Shown piece by piece: positions 49,705 to 59,697 of a stretch of DNA of 64,000 nt. Positions within the stretch are counted from its first letter, which is position 1; each line of letters begins with the position of its first letter. The stretch lies in assembly GCA_963695855.1 (NCBI GenBank), contig CAVOHZ010000003.1:96001-160000 (forward strand). Reading direction: 5' to 3'. The DNA comes from an uncultured Nitrososphaerales archaeon. Lineage in GTDB: Archaea > Thermoproteota > Nitrososphaeria > Nitrososphaerales > Nitrososphaeraceae. The position numbers and the translations under genes were made by a program. The notes beneath the pieces were generated by a model. The model was not told the origin of the DNA and did no database searches. It saw nothing but the letters and a program-made list of their open reading frames with translations.

Positions 49705-50868
49705 CTATGATTTTAAGGATTCTCCATCTTTTCTATTTCTATAATATTGATAAAGGAACGTCGCTGCAACAAGAGTAATTGCTAGACCGATTAACAATGA
49801 AGAGATTAAGTTGAAAGGACTTGTACCTTCAGTAAGTACTGAAGTAAATTGTAAAATTGGGTAATATAACAACACCAATATTACTATCCTTAATATATCA
49901 GACATTGTTCTGATACTGCCCTTAAACCAATTGCTGAGTAAAGTGCCAGCCAAAATTGTTCCGATTCCAATCCACATCAACAGAATTGTACCTCTGATAA
50001 AACTTCCTACAATTTCTTTATTCGTAATAATCTCGTATGACTTCATATTATCCGTAAAAATTCCTTCTGGAATATGAGATAGGCCATTAACTACAGATAC
50101 CACAATTATCAATATTCCTGCGACTATTGAAAAAATCCTAATGAAACTGGTAGGATTTGGTTTTCCCAATGACCCAATAGATTTATCAATATCAAACGCC
50201 CTGATGATGAATGCACCACCAAGAATACTCAAGACAAGAGCTATTGCCTCCCTCGTTAATCCAAAGATTGTTGCTATCCCACTGGCTACCAATAGAGCAC
50301 CGGGAACACCCAAAAAAAATCTTGAGTATCTCGGATCATAGACTAGCATCTTTACATACCTAGCAAAAACTGCGTACGAATATTCTACACTTCGACTATG
50401 TCTAATTACAACTCTATGAATTGAAATAACAGGAATTAACGACTGGATTACAGGAATAACGGTTTCATCGTCTTCCCCATCAGAAACAATAACAGAAGCA
50501 TCCGCTTTAAAAACATCGACAATAAATTGAATTTCTGAACCTATTTTTTCATCTCCTTCGATTCCCCTGTTATATTTGCCAGCAACTAATGCCACTTCAG
50601 CTTGATATCCTCGTTTAAGAAGATCTTCGTATGTCTTTACTGCCGCAAAAATGGCGTTTGCGTCAGAATCTTCAGGATCTTCTATTGCCAATCGGGTACC
50701 AGCATTAATACAAGAATCCCTTCCTATAACAGGTGTTTCAATTCCACCTTTTGATCCTATATCGTCATCTCTATCTATACATAATACAAGTATACGATCA
50801 TATTTTCTATTTTGTTTAGTTAATAAATCTCCTCTTGATAAACTTCGATAATCATTATTTTTTGACAA
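49705..50868 (-). CDS. DUF373 family membrane protein
   Basis: LCIDRDDDIG, DPEDSDAN, VSDGEDDE, followed by TM helices. Confidence 0.85.
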   Translation of the reverse strand: MSKNNDYRSLSRGDLLTKQNRKYDRILVLCIDRDDDIGSKGGIETPVIGRDSCINAGTRLAIEDPEDSDANAIFAAVKTYEDLLKRGYQAEVALVAGKYNRGIEGDEKIGSEIQFIVDVFKADASVIVSDGEDDETVIPVIQSLIPVISIHRVVIRHSRSVEYSYAVFARYVKMLVYDPRYSRFFLGVPGALLVASGIATIFGLTREAIALVLSILGGAFIIRAFDIDKSIGSLGKPNPTSFIRIFSIVAGILIIVVSVVNGLSHIPEGIFTDNMKSYEIITNKEIVGSFIRGTILLMWIGIGTILAGTLLSNWFKGSIRTMSDILRIVILVLLYYPILQFTSVLTEGTSPFNLISSLLIGLAITLVAATFLYQYYRNRKDGESLKS

Positions 50869-51097
50869 AAGGAGTCCTTTATAAATTTCGTCAATGACAT
50901 TAATTAATTTAACTAATAAAAATGATTTTCAGGCTAATAATTTTTTATTTATAAAAAATTTGTATTTATTTGTTTACAAATACAAAAAGGTAAAAGTCGT
51001 ATCTTTTTTATTTAAAGTTTTTAAACTGATATATAAGAAATGATATCTATAGCCATTGCCCAAGTCGAAAACTACTTACAAAAATAAAACCTAAATT

Positions 51098-52561
51098 CTA
51101 CATATATTGCAAATCATTTTCTTCTTTCCAAAGATTGATTCTCTGGTGAAACCAAGGATAAAAGCTGGTATTTTTATCTTCAAACTGTTTTTTTATAATT
51201 TTAGCAATGGTTTTAGATACTTCGCCGGGTTCACCATAAATCTCTTTTTTATTTTTTAAAGATATTCCAAATCCTTCAAATTTATCATAAAGATTATTTA
51301 ACATTGATGGAAGCCATTCAGAGTTTATTGGAGGAATAAGTAAATTACTCTTGGCTTCGAAAATCGTCTCAGGACGATCAGTATTTAGTCTAATGGTTAA
51401 AGAAAGAACATTTTTAAAATATAGTAATTCTTCTTGCATAGAACCTGAATCCGTCATCTCAGCCCAACAATTACCGCTATCAAGGAACTCTATTACTTGT
51501 GCATACTCTTTCCACAAAGGAGTAGTTAAAAATTTTTCTGGAAATTCTTTAGATAATGAATTAATTTTATCTTCTAAACCGTAAAATTTTAATGCTGATT
51601 TAGTACCATTCAGCATTACCAAGATGACCTTATGATCAGAATACTTTATAATATTAACAAGTCCATGGATTATGGACTTGAATCTATGTTCTGTTAAATT
51701 TTCTCTTCTATGTATATCCATTCTAATCCATTTTCCTTTTTCAAGTTGAGGATAACAATCAAAAATACTTCTGTTGACCTTTTGTTTCCTTTTTAGATGG
51801 ATAGCATCTACTACCGAATTTCCAACGACATGAACAAATTCTTCGGGATATCCTTCTCTAACTAGGTTATCTTTATTGAGCTGAGTTGGTGCAAAAAAAT
51901 ATTGTGTTCCTGCTGAACATATCCAAGTATCTATCTGTTCTGGAAAAGGTTCTTCTCTAGCAATAAACCATTTTCCGTGTAATTGTTCATGTACAAATTT
52001 TTCTACGATATCCAATGTGGGTTCTTGATTAACCTTAATTTTTTTCATAATTTCGGGACTCATCGATCTTAATCCCGCTTCATTTTGGGCTACTTTTTGT
52101 CCCATTCCAAAAACCCAAGCAAGAGGGGCAATCCCTGCAACTAATGTATCTCCATGAACCACAGGAAGAAGTTTGGATGTCGAACCGAATTTTTCTTTAC
52201 AATAACGTCCTAATGATCCGAATTTAGTAATCAAGTCACTTGCTTTTTCCATTAGGTCGCCTCTGATCTGCAAGTCACAGCCTACTGATTCTTCTAGATT
52301 AAATTCTTTTATACCAAACCCTAAAATATCATCAAAATGTTGTCCTGTATCAATTACGAATACTGGAAGTTTTTCTCTTTTGGCTTCCACAACAAGAGGA
52401 GCTTGTTTGTAGAAATCAGGTTTAGTACCTATTACAATAGAAAGGATAGGACTGTTATCCGTTTTAGCTTTTGAAAAAATATCCGTTAATAAATCTGTAT
52501 TAATTTTTATTGGTAATGTCTGTTTTGACGTATCAATAAAGGCAATGCCATTACTTTTCAA
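51098..52561 (-). CDS. wecB: UDP-N-acetylglucosamine 2-epimerase family
   Basis: GTKPD, TGQH, HGDT, EAGLRS, FPE, HRREN, TDSGSMQEE, TDRPE. Confidence 0.85.
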   Translation of the reverse strand: MKSNGIAFIDTSKQTLPIKINTDLLTDIFSKAKTDNSPILSIVIGTKPDFYKQAPLVVEAKREKLPVFVIDTGQHFDDILGFGIKEFNLEESVGCDLQIRGDLMEKASDLITKFGSLGRYCKEKFGSTSKLLPVVHGDTLVAGIAPLAWVFGMGQKVAQNEAGLRSMSPEIMKKIKVNQEPTLDIVEKFVHEQLHGKWFIAREEPFPEQIDTWICSAGTQYFFAPTQLNKDNLVREGYPEEFVHVVGNSVVDAIHLKRKQKVNRSIFDCYPQLEKGKWIRMDIHRRENLTEHRFKSIIHGLVNIIKYSDHKVILVMLNGTKSALKFYGLEDKINSLSKEFPEKFLTTPLWKEYAQVIEFLDSGNCWAEMTDSGSMQEELLYFKNVLSLTIRLNTDRPETIFEAKSNLLIPPINSEWLPSMLNNLYDKFEGFGISLKNKKEIYGEPGEVSKTIAKIIKKQFEDKNTSFYPWFHQRINLWKEENDLQYM

Positions 52562-52567
52562 TTAAAT

Positions 52568-53011
52568 TTATCTGATCTCAGCTCCTTTCTTGGATTTTAT
52601 GTAAATAAGGAATCCAATAATAAATATTCCTATACCTGCTATCACAAAAATGTATGGTATGTAAATAATTAGGTTGTTGAAGAATTCAGATGGTATATTT
52701 GAAGAAATACTCAAAGAGACAAACATTCCTACTATCATCAAAATCCCACTAGCAGAAATCAATATCCCTCCTATTTCACTCCCATAATTCCTAGAAAGTG
52801 CATAGACTATTCCGGCAAGAATGATTGACGGAGCTCCAGAAATAGATACAGTTTTAATTAATACTGGTTGGATATCTACAAATCTATCTGGACCTAATTT
52901 GTCTGGACCTATCAAAAAAAGATAGAAAGATGGTATCAAAAGCACAAACATAATTGCCAGACCAAACGAACCTAATGCTACCCATATTTCTAAAGGAAAG
53001 TTTAATTTCAT
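52568..53011 (-). CDS. Hypothetical membrane protein (about 4 TM)
   Basis: Four hydrophobic segments; lies between galT and wecB. Confidence 0.75.
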   Translation of the reverse strand: MKLNFPLEIWVALGSFGLAIMFVLLIPSFYLFLIGPDKLGPDRFVDIQPVLIKTVSISGAPSIILAGIVYALSRNYGSEIGGILISASGILMIVGMFVSLSISSNIPSEFFNNLIIYIPYIFVIAGIGIFIIGFLIYIKSKKGAEIR

Positions 53012-53037
53012 ATTATATCAAGACACGCCTACTTCTA

Positions 53038-54060
53038 TCACAACACACCTACTAATTTAGCAATCTCCTTTCTGGAAGCCGATCCAAGTTCTGCTGCAGA
53101 AGTTTCAGGTAAAACTTTATTAATGAATACTCCAAATCCTTTTTCCAAGCCACTTAAAGCATATAATTGTGGGAATACTTCAATATGCCAATGAAATTGT
53201 CTACTATTCTTTTTCTCTGGAGATAGTTGAAAGATCAGATTAAATGAAGGACTTTTTAAAACGGATGACATACCCCCAATAGTAGCTCTAAGAATCATAG
53301 CCAGATCAAAAATTTCTTTCTGAGAAATTTTGGTTAATGTAGTGGAGTGTTTTTTTGGATATATGCAAAATTCATATGCATACATTGATGCCCACGGACA
53401 AAAAGCAAGAAAATTATCTGTTGCAAGAACTTGTCGTGGTCCATCAGATTCAGTAGAAATAGCAACGCACGAAGCACAGGTTCCATTTTCATTCACGAAC
53501 CTGTGAGATAATAACGCTTTGGACTCAATCGCAGGAGGAACCTCTGAGAAGGTAACTATATCTACGTGTGAATGATCTATCTTCGTTCCCGAGATCGGTC
53601 CACTATTTATAAAAGCTGATACATAGGTAACCTTTTTTTGAGTATAAAGCCACCTCATCCTATCTTGCAAAACCAGAAGAACGTTTGACCATTGTTCGAC
53701 GGAAATCTGAGAAAAATCTTCTGAATGGTTTGGTGTTGCAACTAATATTTGATGATATCCATAGGCGGGCTCACTATACAATGGTTTTTCAGTATATAAT
53801 GAAGAATTATTGGGTACGAGTATTGGATACCTACTGTTAAAAACCCTAACATCCCAATTTTTAATAATATTGCCTTCTGAGTCTGACAATCTTTGAAGCA
53901 TGCCACCTTTGATTACCAATGAAACAAGTGAAGGTTCTGTTAAATGTTCATTACCCGGACAATAAGGACACTCATTTGTAGTATTTTTTTTTATATCATT
54001 AACAATGTCAGGAAAAATTACAAATTTATCCATAACATAATCCTTTCTTAATTCTCCCAA
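53038..54060 (-). CDS. galT: Galactose-1-phosphate uridylyltransferase family
   Basis: ELRKD, CPYCPGNE, HSH active-site motif, FHWHIEVFP, PETSA. Confidence 0.85.
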   Translation of the reverse strand: MGELRKDYVMDKFVIFPDIVNDIKKNTTNECPYCPGNEHLTEPSLVSLVIKGGMLQRLSDSEGNIIKNWDVRVFNSRYPILVPNNSSLYTEKPLYSEPAYGYHQILVATPNHSEDFSQISVEQWSNVLLVLQDRMRWLYTQKKVTYVSAFINSGPISGTKIDHSHVDIVTFSEVPPAIESKALLSHRFVNENGTCASCVAISTESDGPRQVLATDNFLAFCPWASMYAYEFCIYPKKHSTTLTKISQKEIFDLAMILRATIGGMSSVLKSPSFNLIFQLSPEKKNSRQFHWHIEVFPQLYALSGLEKGFGVFINKVLPETSAAELGSASRKEIAKLVGVL

Positions 54061-54264
54061 CGTAATTTTCCTTTTAAAACGTCATTTCATCCTTTAATTA
54101 AAGGTTCTGGATCTAATGATAAATATTTTAAGACAATTGAACAAACATGATAACTAAAAATTAACAACGGTAAAATTCACTTTTGATAAGTTATCTTGTG
54201 AAAAGATTTTCAGAACCATAAGTTTAAAATATAGTTTCTGAATTGATAGAATTGATAAAATAGT

Positions 54265-54522
54265 ATGACAATGCCAAAAGGTTTTGGATCTAGTCCTAGT
54301 ACCACGGGAAAAAGAAGTTTTAACGATTGGTGGACCAATGTTCCCTCAGATTTAAAACAAAAAGCCAGAAAAGGAGACGAGAGTAATAAACCATTATTAA
54401 ATCAAGTGAATTATGTTTTATTACATCTTGGTCTTGCAGGAAAACATGACGCCAAACCATCACATGAAGAATTAAAAGATTGGTTGCACAGTGGTCAAGT
54501 AGACGTTATGAGAACTAAATAA
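54265..54522 (+). CDS. Small hypothetical protein of the kind seen in Nitrososphaerota
   Basis: 85 aa, monocistronic, followed by a T-tract; FNDWW...KPSHEELKDWLHSGQVD. Confidence 0.85.
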   Translation: MTMPKGFGSSPSTTGKRSFNDWWTNVPSDLKQKARKGDESNKPLLNQVNYVLLHLGLAGKHDAKPSHEELKDWLHSGQVDVMRTK

Positions 54523-54532
54523 TCCCACAGCC

Positions 54533-54545
54533 TTTTTTTTTCTTT
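54533..54545 (+). terminator. Oligo-T archaeal terminator
   Basis: TTTTTTTTTCTTT 10 nt after the stop at 54522. Confidence 0.55.
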
Positions 54546-54670
54546 GAGAAAATAAAATGTGAGTTTGATTTTATTATTTAGGCAGAAATAGAATTCAAAA
54601 TATCTAGAAAATTTACTTACCGATAATTACGTATCAAGTCGAATCAAACTCAAAAAGATTTAAATGATGA

Positions 54671-55714
54671 TCATTTGAACTCGTTCTGCAATATTTCTTT
54701 TTTCTTCCTCATATTAAAAATCTTATCAGTATGAGACAACGCATCATTGCGAGGTTTCTTAAAAATCATCGACTGAACCAATAAGTGGTTTTCTGGAATC
54801 ACCATGCCAGTCTGATCATCTGAATATGAAAATTTTAAAATATCATCTTGGCTTCTTATCAAGCTTTCATGAATATGGACCATATTGGTGTCACCGTGAG
54901 CAAATCCTAAATCCAATGCTTTCTTCCTTACATCAAGAGTACCCTTTGCAGAGTTCAGAATAGCAACCCCAAATTCATTTTGAAATATTTCTAATACTTG
55001 ATCTTTTGAAGGTGATTTATTTTTAAATCTTATAAGTATCTGGTGTAAATGCATCATCCTAGAAGGAACCTTGAAGGCTTCGATGTATAGGTTGACATCA
55101 GGAATAAAATCTTTGACATCGTCTTGATGGTGGGGATGCGAATCCCATTCTATTGAATCTTTGACTTCTTTCGAATCCTCTAAGTCAGCCCATCTTCTAA
55201 TAAGAGTAACATCATATCGTAGAATATCATCACTGAATTTCTCAATTAATGGTTGCATGATTCTGCCCATCCCAGAAACGTTACAACTTCCTTGCATCAC
55301 ATAGGATTTTCCTGCTGCTTTATCATAATTTACTCTCGAATTATGTATCATATCAGCAACTGAATATTCTCCTTGTCTATCTTCCCCTCCTTGAAATATT
55401 GCCTTTTTTTTCATTGGAACATACAACATTAGTTTATTTTTATATCCCATCCCCTCTTTTGCCGCGTCAATAATCATCTCAGAATAACTAATTCCATCTT
55501 CAATGTAACCTGCAAATTCTAATTTTTTTCTCACAAATTCATTTTCCAAAGTTTTAGGGATAAAAACTCTGTAACCTTTAGATATGGCTTCTTTAGCTCT
55601 TTCATCAGCACTATACTTTGCTATTCCCACCAACTCTATTTCCTCATCTGCACTAAAATAAGTTGCCAGCCTTCTACCAATATTACCATAACCGTTAATG
55701 AATAATTTTACCAT
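54671..55714 (-). CDS. gap: Type II (archaeal) glyceraldehyde-3-phosphate dehydrogenase
   Basis: INGYGNIGRR, IFQGGE, SCN catalytic Cys, RRWAD, HH.DDV, VIPEN; alternative GTG start 55723. Confidence 0.9.
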   Translation of the reverse strand: MVKLFINGYGNIGRRLATYFSADEEIELVGIAKYSADERAKEAISKGYRVFIPKTLENEFVRKKLEFAGYIEDGISYSEMIIDAAKEGMGYKNKLMLYVPMKKKAIFQGGEDRQGEYSVADMIHNSRVNYDKAAGKSYVMQGSCNVSGMGRIMQPLIEKFSDDILRYDVTLIRRWADLEDSKEVKDSIEWDSHPHHQDDVKDFIPDVNLYIEAFKVPSRMMHLHQILIRFKNKSPSKDQVLEIFQNEFGVAILNSAKGTLDVRKKALDLGFAHGDTNMVHIHESLIRSQDDILKFSYSDDQTGMVIPENHLLVQSMIFKKPRNDALSHTDKIFNMRKKKEILQNEFK

Positions 55715-55896
55715 TCTAACCACTAAAATCTTATTTGATGTATGAAATTATAATACAATATATTTTTATTTCGAAACAATATTTATAAATTTGTTATTAT
55801 TTGTGAATTTACAGAAAATTATAGAATTTCCTTTATCTGCTCCTGTTTAGGATAGCTTTAATAGATGAATGATTGGTAGTAAAATCACCAACATTA

Positions 55897-56484
55897 ATGA
55901 AACTATTAATTATCGATAATTATGATTCATTCGTTTATAATATTGCTCAATTAATTGGAAAAAAGAATATCGAGACTTTGATATATAGAAATGATAAAAT
56001 TGCGCTAAAAACGATACTAAAATTGGATCCTGATGGAATTATATTATCACCAGGTCCTGGAACTCCAGAAAATAAAAAATATTTCGGAATTTGTGATAAT
56101 ATCATTAAAGTACTTGGAGTGAAAATTCCGATTTTGGGTATATGCTTGGGTCACCAAGGCATTGCGTCTGCTTTCGGTGGAAGAATAGTTAATGCTAAAA
56201 AAACAAGGCATGGTAAGACAAGCCAGATTTCTTTTATGCCAGACCCTATCTTTGATGGATTAAAAAATCCCTTCGTTGCAACTAGATATCATTCGCTAAT
56301 AGCAGATAAAAAAACTCTTCCAAAGTGTTTGAAAGTTATTGCAAATTCATTAGATGATAGTGAAATAATGGCACTCACACATGAAAAATATCCAATAAAA
56401 GGAGTACAATTTCATCCCGAATCGATTCTGACTGGTGAAGGTATTAAATTATTAAGTAATTTTATCACATTTACTAGAAAATGA
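55897..56484 (+). CDS. trpG: Anthranilate synthase component II
   Basis: IIDNYDSFVYN, LSPGPG, GICLGHQ, RYHSL, QFHPES. Confidence 0.93.
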   Translation: MKLLIIDNYDSFVYNIAQLIGKKNIETLIYRNDKIALKTILKLDPDGIILSPGPGTPENKKYFGICDNIIKVLGVKIPILGICLGHQGIASAFGGRIVNAKKTRHGKTSQISFMPDPIFDGLKNPFVATRYHSLIADKKTLPKCLKVIANSLDDSEIMALTHEKYPIKGVQFHPESILTGEGIKLLSNFITFTRK

Positions 56485-57566
56485 CAAACGATTCATACTC
56501 TCGGGGCCTGAGTCAAACCATTAAAAAATTAGAAAGAAAAATAGATCTCTCTTATTCGGAATCTTATAATATGTTTAAAAGAATTATTAATTGCGAGTTC
56601 ACAGATCTTGAAGTTTTTTCGATCTTAAAGGCATTGGGCAATAAGGGAGAATCTATTGATGAAATAATAGCTTTGGTCGATATTATTTATGATAAAGCAA
56701 TAAGGATAACACCGAATATTAAAGGAAGTTTAATTGACATTTGCGGTACTGGTGGCGATAAAATAAATACTTTTAATATAAGTACTGCATCTAGTATAGT
56801 TGCGTCAGCTGTTGGATGCAAGATAGCAAAACATGGTAATAGATCTTCCTCTGGAATTTCTGGAAGTTCGGATTTTTTGGAAGCAATAGGTTTGGATTTA
56901 ATAAAAGCGTCAGAAAATGCTTCACGTTCTATTGAAACTATAGGGATAGGATTTCTCTTCGCACCTTTTTTTCATCCAACTTTAAAAAGTCTATCAAAAC
57001 TTAGGCGATCTATTGGTATGAGAACTATTTTTAACATCGTCGGTCCGTTGTGCAATCCGTGTACCAATCTTACTGGACAAGTAATTGGAGTATATGATCA
57101 TATACTCTCTGAAAAGATATCGAAGGTAGCCTTAAAAAAGGAAGATAGAAAATACATGATTGTTTACTCTCTGGATGGCGTTGATGAATTGACAAATAGT
57201 GGATTGAATAATATCACTATAGTTGACAAAGGAAGGATCGATAAATATAAGTTTTTTTCAACGAATTTTGGGATTACGATTGCTCCAATTGAAAAATTGT
57301 CGATAAAAAACAGGGAAGAATCTATAAGATTAACTTTGCAAGCAATTTATGGGACGGCAGAAAAAGAAATAGAAGATGTAGTTGTTATAAATTCTGCGGC
57401 CTCATTAATCATAGGAGATATCGTAAATAATTTTAAAGATGCGATAGAAATTTCTAGGGAATCGATAAAAACCCAAAAAGCCAGAAAAAAACTCGAGACC
57501 CTGATAGAGAAATATGGAGAAAAAGAAAAATTGATCGAGACAGAAAAAAAATTCCAATTATCATGA
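56481..57566 (+). CDS. trpD: Anthranilate phosphoribosyltransferase
   Basis: DICGTGGD, FNIST, KHGNRS, RTIFNIVGPL.NP, DGVDE. Confidence 0.95.
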   Translation: MTNDSYSRGLSQTIKKLERKIDLSYSESYNMFKRIINCEFTDLEVFSILKALGNKGESIDEIIALVDIIYDKAIRITPNIKGSLIDICGTGGDKINTFNISTASSIVASAVGCKIAKHGNRSSSGISGSSDFLEAIGLDLIKASENASRSIETIGIGFLFAPFFHPTLKSLSKLRRSIGMRTIFNIVGPLCNPCTNLTGQVIGVYDHILSEKISKVALKKEDRKYMIVYSLDGVDELTNSGLNNITIVDKGRIDKYKFFSTNFGITIAPIEKLSIKNREESIRLTLQAIYGTAEKEIEDVVVINSAASLIIGDIVNNFKDAIEISRESIKTQKARKKLETLIEKYGEKEKLIETEKKFQLS

Positions 57567-57682
57567 TATAACTATAGTTACGTATTATCTCCAACTAAAA
57601 ACAGGTAAAATAAAATAATTAGAAAATGAAGAGGAAATGATATTTGCAATGATGCAAATATTTATATGAGTTTAACAAAAGA

Positions 57683-58054
57683 ATGCAGATATTGAGCTTT
57701 CAGTTAACAACATTGCAAGATCAAGAGAATATCCTACTTGGAAGGAGAGAAGTGAAATATTTCATAAAAGAAGCCGCTGGTAAAATAAGCAGGTTAGAAT
57801 TGATAAGTTTAATAGAGAAGAGCCTTGGAATACAAAAGGATAAAATTTATCCAATTGAATTAAAGACTGAAAAAGGCAAAAATCATGTTAATGCACTAGT
57901 TTATATCTACGATAAAAAAGAACAATCTGACCGACAGCTACCCAAGTATCGAATACTTAGAAGGCTTTCAAAAGAGGAAAGAAAGAAAATATTAGACGAA
58001 GAGAAAGCAGCTAAGCTAAAGGCAAAACAGGCTGCAAAAGCAGATGCGAAGTAG
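57683..58054 (+). CDS. rps24e: 30S ribosomal protein S24e
   Basis: NILLGRRE...SRLE...IYD; adjacent to S27ae. Confidence 0.85.
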   Translation: MQILSFQLTTLQDQENILLGRREVKYFIKEAAGKISRLELISLIEKSLGIQKDKIYPIELKTEKGKNHVNALVYIYDKKEQSDRQLPKYRILRRLSKEERKKILDEEKAAKLKAKQAAKADAK

Positions 58055-58074
58055 ATCAGTTCCTGGCGATAGAG

Positions 58075-58260
58075 ATGGTTGACAAGAAGAAAAATAAAGA
58101 TTCTAAAATTTATAAATTCTACAAATTTGAGAATGATGTAGTAAAAAGAGTTAGAAGAGAATGTCCGAGGTGTGGGAAGGGAATATTCATGGCTGAACAT
58201 AAAGACAGACATACATGTGGAAAATGTGGATTTACTGAGTTCCTTCATAAAAAGCAATAA
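58075..58260 (+). CDS. rps27ae: 30S ribosomal protein S27ae
   Basis: [25 protein letters not shown]. Confidence 0.96.
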   Translation: MVDKKKNKDSKIYKFYKFENDVVKRVRRECPRCGKGIFMAEHKDRHTCGKCGFTEFLHKKQ

Positions 58261-58970
58261 TCATTAGTTGTTATGATGATTAGTATTGTATTAATAAATT
58301 AAAAGTAACAGAAATTCATTAGTTCTTCCTAAGGAAGTTACTATAAATTATATTTTTTCCGAAAATCGAAGTGTTAGAAAATTTAAGATTAGAATAAATT
58401 TTTCTCTTTTATTTTTTCATTTCACTTTTTTTAAAATTGTTTGTATCTTATGAGAGAAGAAGGAGGATTCCGACAACATAAGATACTTCTTTATTTTCTA
58501 TTATTTCATCTTTCATCTTTAATAATCGAATACTATGGTTAAGAGATAAAAATCCAGATAAATATTTTGTTCGGGTTACCATATTATCAATTACTATAAT
58601 TGTCGGCAAGAGAATTCTAACAGTCAATTCTTTTGTAAATTGTTGAATGATCAGCTTTTTAAGAAAGTGAACTTTCGGAACATTATTGATCAATTATACT
58701 AAATAAGAAATAACAAGACAAATAATCTTCTTTCACTCAATATTTCAAAAACTTTAATATTAAATAGGCTACATTATCACATTTTTAAATATATAATAAA
58801 TTATTCGATTATTCGATGCAGTTCTAAAATTACTAAATTTTCAAAGATGATTAAGAAATAATTTTATATGTCCATCTTTCATGATATCAAAATGCGACTA
58901 GAAAAAAATGAAATAGCGTATTTTTGCTTTGCTAGTATACCGCCGTAAAAAAATTCAAAAGTTATTACGA

Positions 58971-59684
58971 TTATCTTTCCAATATATATCTTAACCTATT
59001 TTTAAGACTAGGCTCGACTTGAAAATTCAAAATAGAGGACACTGGTATTGAAACATTATTATCTTCTAGGCGAATTTTTCTAATCATCAATCCTCTGTTT
59101 ATCCAATTTTTAACTACCTGCTCTTCCAAATGTACATCTTTAAACCCATCTTGAAACTTGTTTTTTAAACATGTCAATAGATTGTTGTCGTTTTTGAATA
59201 GTTTCTTTGCATCAAACAAATGTTCAAAATCATCATATTTTTCTTCATAGAAAGTACTTTTTACATTATCTGAATGAATGTTCATTTTCATAAAACGATT
59301 TACTAAACTCACATAATGTAAAAACTCGTGTGCAAGTATCGTATGTATCGAACTCTTCAATCCATAGACGACAAGAGGGGCCGTTATCTGAATAAAAATA
59401 GATAAATCGCCATTCTTATTAATATCTGGAATAGTTCTAGCAAAAAGGAGACCATACTGGTCAACCTCTACCAAGGATGATGATACTACAAGACTAGGTT
59501 CAATATAATATGGGGGGAATTTTATCATACTTGTTTTTTCAATTCTTTTGATCCCATCCAACAAAATGGAAAACCGTTTTAAAATAATTTCATATATTTC
59601 CCTAGGTATCAATTTATTGAGAAAAGCATCATTAATAGCAGTTAGAGGTTCATAATCCATTATTAGATAAGATGAAAATATCAT
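58971..59684 (-). CDS. Hypothetical protein with an HExxH zincin-like motif
   Basis: ILAHEFLHY. Confidence 0.75.
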   Translation of the reverse strand: MIFSSYLIMDYEPLTAINDAFLNKLIPREIYEIILKRFSILLDGIKRIEKTSMIKFPPYYIEPSLVVSSSLVEVDQYGLLFARTIPDINKNGDLSIFIQITAPLVVYGLKSSIHTILAHEFLHYVSLVNRFMKMNIHSDNVKSTFYEEKYDDFEHLFDAKKLFKNDNNLLTCLKNKFQDGFKDVHLEEQVVKNWINRGLMIRKIRLEDNNVSIPVSSILNFQVEPSLKNRLRYILER

Positions 59685-59697
59685 AAATATAAAAAAA

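Noticed and set aside
58448-58693. 81-aa ORF in the gap after rps27ae
   Set aside because: No motif, AT-rich intergenic context; cannot be supported
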